From the NCBI GenBank assembly GCA_977017645.1, contig OZ360220.1, positions 287,618,001 through 287,682,000 on the forward strand: DNA of 64,000 nucleotides, in the 5' to 3' direction. Numbering within the stretch: position 1 is the stretch's first letter; the number at the start of each line of letters is the position of its first letter. Of the stretch, positions 13,100 through 24,587 are shown in pieces. Under the pieces are notes generated by a model that was not told the origin of the DNA, searched no databases, and was given only the letters and a program-made list of their open reading frames with translations. A program made the translations under genes and the position numbers. The DNA comes from Torpedo marmorata (taxonomy: Eukaryota).

Positions 13100-14785
13100 C
13101 TCCACAAGTGATGCAAAGAAATCTGTGTACCTTGGCCTTAAATGCATTCAATTCTCAAGCATTGATTTGCCATCTTCACAGTTGCCATGATGTGATGGTT
13201 CCAGGAGAGGGCTTCTCAAAAATGGACACCCAGGAACTTGAAGGTTCTGACTCTCTCCATCTCTGTTCCATCAATGTGGACAGATATATGGTCTCTCGGA
13301 CTCCCCTTCCTAAAATCAACAATATGGTCCTTGGTCTTGGTGACGTTGAGACCAAGATTGATGATCTGGCACCAAACCAGATTCTCATCAATTCCAGTTA
13401 TTCGACCAACAAGGGTGCTGTCATCAATAAGTTTGTCGATTGAGTTTCTGCCGAACATGTCTACGCAGTCAAGGGTGTACAGGGAGTAGAGCAGGGGACT
13501 AAACACACAGCCTTAGGGTGCCCCTGTGTTGATGGTCAGCGTGGAGGAGGTGATATTGCTGATTCACACCGATTGGGGTCTGCTGATGAGGAAGTTTAGG
13601 ATTTTGTCACAGAAGGATGAATGAAGTCCCAATCCTTTAGTTTGGTCAGAGGTTTGCTGATATAATCGTGTTGAATGCCCAACTTTTGTCAATGAACAAC
13701 AGCTCCAGGTAGGTGTTCCTGTGGTCTAGGTGATCTAAAGCAGAGTGGAGGACCAGCGAGATGGTATCTGCCATTGATCTGTGGTGATGATAGGCAAATT
13801 GAAGTGGGTTCAAGTCCTTCCTGAGATGGGAGTTGATGCACCATAACCAACTTCTCAAAGCACTTCATCACAGTAGATGTCAGAGCCACCGGCCAATAGT
13901 CACTGAGGCAAGTCACCTGCTCTTGGGCACTGGAATGATGGCTGCCCTTTTGAAGCAGGTGGTGGGGTCCTCTGACCATTGTAGGGAAAGGTTCAAAATG
14001 TCCATAAAAACTCCAGCCTGTTGGTTCACACAGCTTTTAAGGACACGGCCCGGTCCACCATCTGAGCTGGATGCTTTTCTAGCATTCACCTACACGAAGG
14101 ATCTGTTTACCTCAGCCTCAGAACCTGGGAGCACAGAATCTCCAGGGGCTGTGGGGGCTTGTGAGGATTCTTGATAGTGTTCACTTTTGAAGTGAACATA
14201 GAAGGCTTTGATTTCGTCTGGAAGACATTTATAACAGTTAATGATATTGTTTCTCCTTATAGGATGTAATGGCATGCAAGCTTGCCAAAGCTGTTGAGCA
14301 TCTGCCTAAGACTCCAGCTTGGTCTGGAATTGTCCCATTGAGTTGGTGATGGCCTTCCGGAACTGGTACCTGATCTTTCTGTATGTTTCTGAATCTCCTG
14401 ATGTAAAAGCCACAGATCAGGTCTTCAACAGTTTATGGATCCCTTGGTTCATCCATGACTTCTGATTTGGAAACACCCAGATAGTCTTAGTCGGAACGCA
14501 CGCATCCACACATTTCTTGGTAAAGTCGGTAACCATTGTGGCATGTAGAGGTAAAGGTTCCATTATTGTCACATGATACTACATTTAGAATGTAACATAC
14601 ATGAAATTCTTTAATTTTTGTCTACTGTAAGGCAAACAGAGGGTCACTATTTTGTCCAGCGCCCCTCACAGAAACCTACAGCACCTGGTGTTCCTTGGCA
14701 GTCTCCCCTCCAAGTACTGACCAGTCCTGTGCCTGCTTAGCTTCCGAGATCAGACAATCCCAGTCGTATTCATTCAGATCCACTT
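13100..14785 (-). mobile_element. Degraded Rex1/Babar LINE internal fragment, interrupted by a SINE
   Basis: Minus-strand peptides PVALTSTVMKCFE, DLNPLQFAY, LFID..AFNTI and SPLLYSLYT are homologous to the 21322-23292 ORF, with many frameshifts. Confidence 0.9.
14545..14772 (-). mobile_element. 5S rRNA-derived SINE (SINE3-type) or 5S-LINE chimera with Rex1/Babar-like 3' tail
   Basis: 14672-14772 on the minus strand is collinear with vertebrate 5S rRNA nt ~20-120 (exact GTCTGATCTCGGAAGCTAAGCAGG; about 80% identity by eye to the recalled human 5S). It is followed by a ~125-bp tail ending AAGAATTTCATG...GTGACAATAATGGAACCTTTACCT. Confidence 0.8.
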
Positions 14786-16717
14786 TTGCATCATGTTTTA
14801 GTTGCAATTCAAGTCAGAAATTGTAAGATAAACATGATGAAGTGATTTTCTGATTCCAGAATATCTTGGTACCAAATGGTGTGAGATCCCCTTGGTGACA
14901 TCTAGATTGTGCCTTATCACCAAGGATGAGCAAGTTCATTGTAGTGTGAGTTCAAGTTTAATTTAGTTGCACTATCTCTGTGACATTTCAAAGAAGTAAA
15001 TACTGCCTCCTATTTATCTCCTAAATTTAAAATAAGAACGCAGATTGGAGGGAGAGCTGGGCATGCAACTACAAACTATCTCTTGGCAGGTAGAGGAGGA
15101 TGTTCAGGTCACAGATGATCACAGCTCCTGCTGACTGCGGTTCAGTCATGCTATTAAGTCGGTAACAGAGGACACCTGCAACCATAGAAGTCAATTTGCA
15201 GTTTTCCTGCCTTCAAAGTTTATCTGGATCACGAACAACACTTGAACCTTGCTAGCCAGGTCTGAACTGCATTGGAAACTCTTTGGTTTTAACTTAATTC
15301 ACTGAATAGTGTGCCAAGCATTTAGAGGGTTAAAATAATCTGCCACTGGATTGTTTAAAATTTTCAAAGCAAAAGTTTTAATAAACTTTGTAATTGTGTG
15401 GGAAAATGCTTATCAAATATACTGCAACAGTAACTGTACAGATTAAATTATATTTAGATCACAAAACCAGTCAAAATTTCCAGCAGGATTAGCTAATTTG
15501 AAGTGCAGCCTACTTGGAAAGATAAGCACATGGTCTATGGTTCTGTTAAGTTAGTTCTGGGTATTGGTATGTTTTTGGTTTCACAGCAATTTTACTGACC
15601 TTGAAGGAAATACACACAGCGGTAAAACAACACCAGTGGGACTTTTGTGCTTAGCTGCAGAACTCAGTTGTGTTTTAACTTCTGAAATAATAGCTCAGAC
15701 GCCACATGTGAAAATAAACAGAGTGCTGCGATGTCGGCAAAGGAAGCAACTGGCATGAGCTGCAGCTGGTTACATGAGAAGGAAGCTTCCACATCCCCCT
15801 TTCCCAGAGGCACCAGCACTTGTTTATTGCTAGCTTACTCAAAGGAAATAATTTCCACATAAATTTAACATGAAATCTGACTTCAAAAAATTGTCTGGAA
15901 AATGTTCCCCATTGTCCATCATTATTTACTCGCATGCATTTTAAAATAATGTTTACTCAGAAAACCAAGTGAGAGACGTCTCTTTAAAAATTTCCAGAGC
16001 TTTTCAGTAAAATGTTCGTCTCTGTCTGAAGAGACTGAAGCAAATGTAAATGTTACTACTTGGGTGGTCACCTTGCAGACACTGTAGAATTTCCCATTGG
16101 GGATCATTTCTACCATTGTCCAATGGATTTTCACTTGGTAGGACAAGCCAGTCCATAGTTAAGCAGCCTGTTGGAAATGCTTCGAAATACATCACCTAGA
16201 TTGTTGCTTGCCCAAGAATGAATCGACCAGTAGGACCATTTTCAGTTCCATTATGTAAGCCAAACTTCTGGCAGAATGGGTGACCTCTTTGATAATTAAC
16301 TTCAGCAAAAATATATCATTATATATTATCTGATCAATCTGATTATTGGTTAGTGGTGATAGCAAAAACAATCCTGTGAGTGATACATACACTATCATCC
16401 ATCTAACAAGTGGAAAGAGCACATAGGTTTCCAAAAAAAAGAACAAACTTCAGGAGCCTGTATATTTTTTTGTATTTTTCTTTAATTTTCTGTTCCTGCA
16501 CTTGGTTACAGAGAGTGGACAGTCCCAATATTTCCATTATCATTATTGTTGCTAGAATTAATCAGGTATTGGAAATGATGCAAATGCTTTTGCAAGTGTG
16601 GTGCTGTTGTAGCTGGGAACCTGATGACATTCAGGAAACAGAAGGTCAACGGTATGACACGCTTTGCCCTCCCTTAAGGCAGCATATTCACTGTCTTAAG
16701 ACAGGTCTACACTTAGA

Positions 16718-17350
16718 GTCATAGATTTATACTGCATGGTAACAGGCCCTTCTGCCCAACTTGTCCATGCTGATCAAGTTAGTCCCATTTTCCTGCATTT
16801 GGCCAATATCTCTCAAAAATGTTTCTATGCATGTACCTGTGTAAATGTCTTTTAAATCTTACAATTTTACCTGCTTCTGCCACTTCCTCTGGCAGCTCGT
16901 TCCACACACCACCACCTTCTGTGTGAAGAAGGTGTTCCTCAGGTCCCTTTTAAATCTTCTCTCTTTCACCTTCAAACTATGCCCTCTAATTTCAGATTCC
17001 ATTACCTGGGAAAATGCCTACGACTATTTACCTTATCTGCTGTATACTGCTCATGATTTGTATAAACCTGTAGAAGGTCCCCGCTAATCCTCCTGCACTC
17101 CAGGAAGAAAAGTCTCAGCCTATCCAGCCACTCCTTATAATTCAAGCCTACCAGTCCCGGTAACATTCTTGTGAAACTTTGCTGCACCCTTTCCAGCTTA
17201 ATGACATCTTTCTGATAGCTTGGTGACCAAGACTGCTCACAATATTCCAAGTGTGGTCTCACCAATATCTTGTACAGTTATAACATAGCATCCCTGCTCC
17301 TGTGTTCAATGTCTTGACCAGTGATGGCAAGTATTCACAACACCTTTTCT
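16718..17350 (-). mobile_element. CR1 LINE 3' fragment
   Basis: ORF 17002-17265 (VRPHLEYCEQSWSPSYQKDVIKLERVQQSFTRMLPGL) is the CR1 ORF2 C-terminus, and the 3' UTR follows. Confidence 0.9.
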
Positions 17351-18622
17351 TAACTGAGAACAAAATGCAGGACTTACACAGTGAATGGTAGGGCCCCAGA
17401 GATTGTAGAACTTGGGAATACAAGTGAATACAAGTCTGTGGACAGGGCTTTAAATTAAATAGTAGTGGGGTGGGGTCAACAGATTGGAGATGGATGGGTA
17501 AAGTAAAAGCAAAAGTTAAAAAAGAGAAAAGCAAGAGTAGAGTGTATAAAAGTCGAGTGCAAAAGAGACAAAAATTACCAGATTTTAAAAGCGCAATGTG
17601 TATAAGGGCACTTTATCTGAATGCCCGTAGTATTTGAAACAAGGTCAGTGAACTTGTTGCACAAATCTGTACAATCGGGTATGATTTAGTGGCTATTACG
17701 GAAATGTGGTTGCAGGGTGGGGAGGATTGGGAATTCAATATCCAAGGATATCAGGTAATACGGAAGGACAGACAGGAAGGTATGGGAGGTGGGGTAGCAC
17801 TCTTAGTTAAGGATGAGATCAGGGCAATCATGAGAGATTATATAAGTTCTAAGGAGCAAAATGTTGAATCCATCTGGGTAGAGATTAGGGAAAAAAATCA
17901 CAGGCAATAAACCAAGAAATATCAGAGGCATGTAAGGATGGAACAGCAGTTATCGTGGGGGACTTTAACATGCACAGAAACTGGGTGAATCAGGTTGGTC
18001 GAGGCAACCTTGAAGAGGACTTCACAGAATGCATCTGTGATAGCTTTCTTGAACAGCATGTTACTGAACCTACAAGGGAACATGCTACCTTGGATCTGGT
18101 CCTGTGCAATGAGACAGGTAAAATTAGCGATCTTGTAGTTTGGGATCTTCTTTGAAAGAGTGATCACAGTATGATTGAGTTTCTCATTGTAACAGATGTG
18201 TTAAAGTTGATATTAATATTTAAAGTTAAGTTATAGAATTATATATCTTAGTAAAGTTAGTTTTTGGGTGCACAGGGCACATTTGCATTTTACAGACACA
18301 ATTACTCTCAGAGAGTCCTTTTTGAAATTGCAGCTGGGAGTTTTCGGAGTCGACGCATCTTGAAAAACAGAGCCATAAAAACTGAAGTGGTTCTTAATTG
18401 AAACTCAAGAACAATGGGTGGTTGCTTAAAAGCATTTTTGTGTACACAGCATTCTGCTGGCTGATGGCAGTCAGACATCACGGAGTCTTAAGTTTCAAGG
18501 AATGCTTTTAGCATATAAGTGTGAAGAGGACATTGGGAACTTCAAAGACAGAAATGAGGTCACATACCATGTGACATGAGAGATGGAAGAAATATATAAT
18601 TGAACTCAAAGACAAAAGAAGT

Positions 18623-19557
18623 AAACATGAAAATCTGTAGACACCGTAATAATGTAGTAAAAAACACAAATGCTGGAGAACTCAGCAGGTCAAACAGTGT
18701 CTTTTATGTAGCAAAGGTAGAAATACATAACTGACGTTTCAGGCTTGAGCCCTTCTTCAAAGTATGAGAAAATGCCGGCAGACGTCCGAACAAAGGAGTG
18801 AGGGGGGAAGGGTGGGTGGGAAAGGCAGAAGATAATAGGTGGAGACAGGAGGGAGGGGACAGTAGCAAAGAGGGGGAGGAGGGATGGCTGGGTAGCTGGA
18901 GAAACACACCAGATAGTTGTGGGAGTTGGAGGGTTTGTAGTAAATGTCGGTGGAAAGCTTGTCTCCCGAGATGGAGACAGAGAGATCCAGGAAGGGGAGA
19001 GTGTTATCGGAGATGGACCAGGTGAGTTTGAGATCATGGTGAAAGTTGGATGCGAAGTGGATGAAGTTGACAAGCTCATCGTGGGTGCATGAGGCAGCCC
19101 CGATGTAGTCGTCGATATACCGGAGGAAGAGATGAGGGGTCTTGCCTGTGTAGGCTTGCAGCATGGATTGCTCCACAAAGCCCACAAACAGGCAGGCGTA
19201 GCTGGGACCCATGCGGGTACCCATGGCTACTCCTTTGATTTGGAGGAAGTGGGATGAGTTGAAGGAGAAGTTATTGAGAGTAAGGACAAGTTCTGCCAGG
19301 CGGAGGAGGGTGGTGGTAGAGGGTGACTGGTCGGGTCTAGCTACCCAGCCATCCCTCCTCCCCCTCTTTGCTACTGTCCCCTCCCTCCTGTCTCCACCTA
19401 TTATCTTCTGCCTTTCCCACCCACCCTTCCCCCCTCACTCCTTTGTTCGGACGTCTGCCGGCATTTTCTCATACTTTGAAGAAGGGCTCAAGCCTGAAAC
19501 GTCAGTTATGTATTTCTACCTTTGCTACATAAAAGACACTGTTTGACCTGCTGAGTT
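18623..19557 (-). mobile_element. Penelope-like element: tail + pLTR + RT fragment + inverted pLTR
   Basis: 18-bp TSD CTCAAAGACAAAAGAAGT (18605-18622 and 19558-19575). Inverted 222-bp arms at 18676-18897 and 19339-19560, with hammerhead motifs at about 18726-18766 (-) and 19470-19510 (+). Confidence 0.92.
18907..19338 (-). pseudogene. Penelope-type reverse transcriptase fragment
   Basis: LTLNNFSFN..HFLQIKGVAMGTRMGPSYACLF...LRYIDD...LPFLDL...YKPSNSHNYL are PLE RT motifs B'-E. Confidence 0.9.
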
Positions 19558-21321
19558 CTCAAAGACAAAAGAAGTCAGTTGTAAGAAAATCTAACACTCT
19601 GGGAAGACAGGGGATTGAAACAGACTGTACCAGACTGGAGAAACTCTGACACTTTGAAGAGCCAAAGATTTGAAGCATTCTGAAGAAATTTGACTTCCTG
19701 GAAAGTCAGGATTATGAGCAGTGATCTCTGAATGGATAGAGGTACTGTCTCTATGTATTATCCTTATCATAGGAAATACATAATAAGTGGCTTTTAAAAT
19801 AAGTAAGACCACTTTCCAATTGCTTCTAAGAAAAGAGGACATAACCGTATGTTACTCATGATTAAGAAAGAAATCATCTTGAAGATCACAGTTCCGTAAC
19901 CCTAACAAGATAGGGAGAAACTTGTGAAAACGCTCGTATGAAGACAATCTCTGAAAGACAACTCATCAAAAGACTTGTGAGTTTGAAAGAAATCGGATGT
20001 TTCACTTTTGCCTTATTTACTTCTGAATCACAATTTAAAGGGATCCTAAAGTTCAACAAGAAGTTGGAAACTGGACTTTAAAATTGACTTTTCAGATTTA
20101 AGTTTAAACTGAAATAGTTTGGACTTCAACACACACACATTTACATTTGTGCATAGTGGGGTTTAAGTTAGAGATAAGTTTAGAGATAAATAAGAAATGT
20201 TATGTTATTAATAGTTTAAATAAAAACTATTTTTCAATTTACCATTGTTTGGTGAATTTTCCATTGCTGTTCCTTTGTTAGTACTAGCAAGGTTTGTTAG
20301 TTCGTAACACTCATACAAATGGAGGGTACAATAGTTTGTTTAAAACTAGTGTATTATGCCTATGAAGGAGGAGTTGGCCATGGTAGACTGGGAAGGTAGG
20401 CTATATGAAGGGACAGTTGAGGAACAGTGGAGGACTTTCAAAGAGATTTTTCATGGTGCTCATCAAAAGTGTGTTCCAGTTGAAAGCAAGGACAGTAAGG
20501 GCGGGGACAGCCAGCCGTGGATAACTAAGGAAATAAAGGAAGGCATCATGCGTACAAAGTCGCCACGGGCAGTGGGAAACTGGAAGATTGGGAAAACTTT
20601 AAAAAGCAACAAAGAACCACAAAGGGAGCAATGAAGAGAGGAAAGGTAGATTATGTAAAAAGATTAGCACAAAATATAAAAATGGACAGTAAAAGTTTTT
20701 ACATTTATATAAAGCAGAAAAGGGTGGCTAAAGTGAAGATTGGTCCCTTGGATGATGAGAAGGGGGAATTGATATTGGGTAATGAGGAAATGGCTGAGGC
20801 TTTGAATGACTATTTTGTGTCAGTGTTCATGGTGGTGGACATGCCAAAGACAGATGTTATGGATGTGATGGGAGGTGAGGACCTGGATGTAATAGCTATC
20901 ACTACATAGGTAGCACTGAGCAAACTTGTGGGTCTCAAGATAGATAAGCCCTCTGGTCCTGACGGAATGCATTCTAGGGTACTGAAAGAAATGGCAGAAT
21001 TTATAGTAGAGGCTTTGGTGCTAATTTACCAAAATTCTCTGGACTCTGGTACAGGTCCTGGTGGACTGGAAGACAGCAAATGTCACGCCTCTATTCAAAA
21101 AACGATGTAGGTAAAAGACAGGGAACTGTCGGCCAGTTAGTTTAACATCTGTGGTTGGGAAAATGCTTGAAGCAATCATTAAAGAAGAAATAGCGAGGCA
21201 TCTGGAATGAAATGGATCCACCAGGCAGACGCAGCATGGATTCAGCAAATGCAGGTCCTGTTTGATGAACTTACTGGAGTTCTTTGAGGATATAATGAGC
21301 ACGGTAGATAGAGGGGAGCAG

Positions 21322-23292
21322 ATGGCTGTACTTCTACTCCCGGCGTACAAGCAGAGACTGAAGACCACAGCACCAGTGGTGAGGACAGCGAAAGTGTGGA
21401 CGAGAGAGGCGGAGGAGTGTCTGCAGGACTGCTTTGAATCGGTGGACTGGAACATATTCAAACACTCAGCCATAGACCTAAATGAATATGCAACAGGTGT
21501 CACCGACTTCATCAAGACCTGCGTGGAGGAGTGTGTGCCCACGCGCAAATACCGGGTGTTCCCCAACCAGAAGCCCTGGATGAATCAAAGAATTCGCAAC
21601 CTGCTGAGGACGAGAACAAGAGCGTTTAAGGCCGGGGACCGGGATCTTTACAAAAAGTCCAGGTACGACCTGGGGAAGGCCATCTCTGAAGCAAAGTGGC
21701 AATTCCGGAGGAAGCTAGAGACAGAGACAGATACACGCCAGCTATGGCAGGGAGTGCAGGCCATTACAGCCTACAAAGTGAGGGCAAACACTATAGACGG
21801 CTGTGATGCTTCACTACCCGATGAGCTGAACACCTTCCATACCCGCTTTGAGAAGAAGAACAAAACAGTGCCTACTAGAATCCCTGAAAAGGCTGAGGTC
21901 CCTGTGATATCTGTCTCTGAGGGCGACGTCAGAACATCATTCAAGAGGGTGAACCCTCGCAAGGCGTCAGGCCCTGACGGTGTACCTGGCAGGGTATTGA
22001 AAATCTGCGGCAACCAACTAGCCGGAGTGTTCACGGACATTTTCAACCTCTCATTGCGGCAGTCAGAGGTTCCCACCTGCTTCAAAAGGGCATCAATCAT
22101 CCAGGTACCCAAGAAGAGCAGTGTGAGCTGCCTCAACGACTACTGCCCAGTAGCACTAACTTCTACTGTGATTAAATGCTTTGAGAGGCTGGTCATGGCC
22201 AGAATTAACACATACCTAAGCAAAGATCTGGACCCACTGCAATTCGCCTATCGCCACAATCGCTCCACAGCAGATGCAATATCGCTGGCTCTCCACTCAG
22301 CTCTGGATCACCTCGAAAACAGCAATTCATACATACGGTTGCTCTTCATCGACTACAGCTCAGCCTTCAATACCATTATTCCCTCAGTGCTGGTCAAGAA
22401 ACTACAAACTCTAGGCCTCTGTACCCCCCTCTGCAACTGGATCCTTGACTTTCTCATTGGAAGACCACAGTCAGTACGAATTGGAAACAACGTCTCCTTC
22501 TCACTGATTATCAACACAGGCGCACCCCAAGGATGCGTGCTTAGCCCACTGCTCTACTCGTTATACACTCATGACTGTGTGGCCAGGCACAATTCCAATG
22601 CCATATACAAGTTTGCCGATGACACCACAGTTGTCGGCAGAATCACAAACGGCAATGAGGAAGCGTACAGGAGGGAGATAGATCAGCTCGTTGAATGGTG
22701 TAATGACAACAACCTTGAGCTCAACGTCAGCAAAACCAAGGAGATAATTGTGGACTTCCAGAGGAAGTCAGGGGAACACGACCCAGTCCTCATCGAGGGC
22801 TCAGTAGTGGAGAGGGTCAAGAACTTCAAATTCCTGGGTGTCAACATCTCCGAGGATCTGTCCTGGAGCATCCACGTGGATGCAATCACAAAGAAGGCTC
22901 GTCAGCGGCTATACTTTGTGAGGTGTTTGTGGAGATTCGGTATGTCAGCAAAGACTCTCGTAAACTTCTACAGGTGTACCGTGGAGAGCATTCTGGCTGG
23001 TTGCATCACTGCCTGGTATGGCGGCGCCAACTCCCAGGACAAGAGTAAACTCCAGAAGGTTGTTAACTCGGCCTGTGACATCACAGGCACCAAACTTCAC
23101 TCCATCGAGGACATCTACATAAGGCGGTGTCTTAAAAAAGCAGCCTCTATCCTCAAGGACCCCCACCACCCAGGCCATGCCCTCTTCACTTTGCTTCCAT
23201 CAGGGAAAAGGTACAGGAGCCTAAAGACGAGCACTCAATGGCACAAGGACAGCTTCTTCCCCTCTGCTGTCAGATTCCTGAATAATCAATGA
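21322..23292 (+). CDS. Uninterrupted Rex1/Babar reverse transcriptase ORF (endonuclease domain largely truncated)
   Basis: Part of the 676-aa ORF 21262-23292 with no stops. RT motifs [47 protein letters not shown] and KFLG, plus a Rex-type C-terminus. There is no evidence of expression. Confidence 0.8.
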   Translation: MAVLLLPAYKQRLKTTAPVVRTAKVWTREAEECLQDCFESVDWNIFKHSAIDLNEYATGVTDFIKTCVEECVPTRKYRVFPNQKPWMNQRIRNLLRTRTRAFKAGDRDLYKKSRYDLGKAISEAKWQFRRKLETETDTRQLWQGVQAITAYKVRANTIDGCDASLPDELNTFHTRFEKKNKTVPTRIPEKAEVPVISVSEGDVRTSFKRVNPRKASGPDGVPGRVLKICGNQLAGVFTDIFNLSLRQSEVPTCFKRASIIQVPKKSSVSCLNDYCPVALTSTVIKCFERLVMARINTYLSKDLDPLQFAYRHNRSTADAISLALHSALDHLENSNSYIRLLFIDYSSAFNTIIPSVLVKKLQTLGLCTPLCNWILDFLIGRPQSVRIGNNVSFSLIINTGAPQGCVLSPLLYSLYTHDCVARHNSNAIYKFADDTTVVGRITNGNEEAYRREIDQLVEWCNDNNLELNVSKTKEIIVDFQRKSGEHDPVLIEGSVVERVKNFKFLGVNISEDLSWSIHVDAITKKARQRLYFVRCLWRFGMSAKTLVNFYRCTVESILAGCITAWYGGANSQDKSKLQKVVNSACDITGTKLHSIEDIYIRRCLKKAASILKDPHHPGHALFTLLPSGKRYRSLKTSTQWHKDSFFPSAVRFLNNQ

Positions 23293-23448
23293 ACCAAAGA
23301 CACTACCTTACTTTTCGTGCACTATTGTTTATAATTTTGTATAGTAATGACGTTAGATGGTTAATATGAATGTTAATTGCACTATGATGCTGCCGCAAAA
23401 CACCGAATTCATGACTTGTTCATGACAATAAATTCTGATTCTGATTCT
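21326..23448 (+). mobile_element. Young 5'-truncated Rex1/Babar LINE, (ATTCTG)n tail family, inserted in CR1 RT
   Basis: 5-bp TSD GATGG (21321-21325 and 23449-23453). Removing it restores the CR1 peptide VDRGEQMDVVYLD. Tail is TGACAATAAATTCTGATTCTGATTCTGA. Confidence 0.95.
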
Positions 23449-24153
23449 GATGGATGTTGTTTACCTGGATTTACAGAAGGCATTTGATAAGGTGCCGCAT
23501 AAAAGACGTACATAAGAAAAGGATGCATAGAGTTGGGGGTGATGTATTAGCATGGGTAGAGGATTGGTTAACCTATAGAAAGCAGAGTTGGGATACAGGG
23601 GTGTTTTTCTGTTTGGCAATCAATAGCGGGGTACCGCAGCGGTCGGTGCTGGGCCCACAGCTGTTCACAATATACATTAATGATCTGGAAGAGGGGACAG
23701 AGTGTAGTGCATCTCAGTTTGCTGATGACACTAAATTGAGTGGAAAAGAAAATTGTGCAGAGGATACGGAGAGTCTGCAGAGAGATATAGATAGGTTAAG
23801 TGAGTGGGCAAGGGTCTGGCAGATGGAGTACAATGTTGGTAAATGTGAGGTTATCCACTTTGGAAGGAAAAATGGAAGATCAGATCATTATTTAAATGGC
23901 AAGCGATAGCAGCATGCTGCCATGCAGAAGGACTTGGGAGTTAATAAGCCTTTGCTCAGACTAATGATCAGCTTCTTGTGCAGCTATTCCTATTAAGTGA
24001 TGTGTGACCCTCGATTTGAATTGTAGACAGCACCAGGGGCCTTTCAAAGCTATTTTGCTAAAATGAAAAAACTTTATTTGGCAAAAGAAGTGTTCCGAGG
24101 CCTTTTGGTGATTGTTTATTTTCTACAAGAGATTAAGCTGCAATTCATGATAG

Positions 24154-24546
24154 TGTAGCGGCCCGCTGCTGCGGTGATCGAGCCGGCGCTCCAGGCAGTG
24201 AGCGCAACCAAAGGCCAGCAGCCCGCGCAGCGGCACTGGTCCCAACAAGCGAACCGGTGGGTGAACGGCAAGGGCAGCTTAAAGGCCAGCGACCCCAAAA
24301 TGGCGCTGGCCTTGCTGCGCAGCCAACAGACAGGGACAGCTCGCGGGGAAGAAGGGTATTGTTATGCAGGAAAGTACCCGCGCGCAGGAAACCCACTTTT
24401 GTTATGCATGTTGTGACATCAGCCAAAGGAGCCCATGGCGGGAACAGTGCAAATATAAAAGTTGGGCCTGAGCCCTAATAAAAACTCAGAGCTTAACCTG
24501 ACTACACTATGTGTGTGTGTCTTCTTTCAAGTAGCGCGCGGCTACA
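24154..24546 (+). repeat. Gypsy 5' LTR
   Basis: TGTAGC...GCTACA. TATA-like TATAAAA near 24455 and AATAAA near 24477. Direct repeat of 28341-28732. Confidence 0.95.
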
Positions 24547-24548
24547 AT

Positions 24549-24560
24549 TGGTGACCCCGA
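24549..24560 (+). promoter_or_regulatory. Primer-binding site, tRNA-Trp type
   Basis: TGGTGACCCCGA lies two bases after the 5' LTR and matches the first 12 nt of the known tRNA-Trp PBS TGGTGACCCCGACGTGAT. Confidence 0.85.
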
Positions 24561-24587
24561 TGGTTTAGATGGCATCTAAACCCAGCG

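Larger units (their letters stand above)
18188..20309 (+). mobile_element. Solo LTR, family B (~1.2 kb), containing a Penelope insertion
   Basis: TGTAACA...GTAACA termini, 5-bp TSD CTCAT (18183-18187 and 20310-20314) and AATAAA near 20219. Homologous to the pieces of 43194-50655. Confidence 0.85.
17440..23940 (+). mobile_element. CR1 LINE (ORF2 APE-RT pseudogene) split by a solo LTR and a Rex1 insertion
   Basis: APE motifs YLNARS, AITE.WL, GGGVALLV, GDFN and LDLVL at 17610-18180. Linker/RT at 20310-21325 (PWITK, GPDG, NLLEFFE). RT resumes at 23449 (DVVYLD, SVLGPQLFTIYINDL, FADDTKL). Confidence 0.92.

Noticed and set aside
14672-14772. Functional 5S rRNA gene
   Set aside because: It lacks about 19 nt at the 5' end, is about 20% diverged, has no T4 terminator, is not in a tandem array and sits inside a LINE.
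21262-23292. Host or domesticated gene (676-aa ORF)
   Set aside because: It is fully explained as a TSD-flanked, tailed, 5'-truncated Rex1 copy with a close paralogue at 36351-37502.
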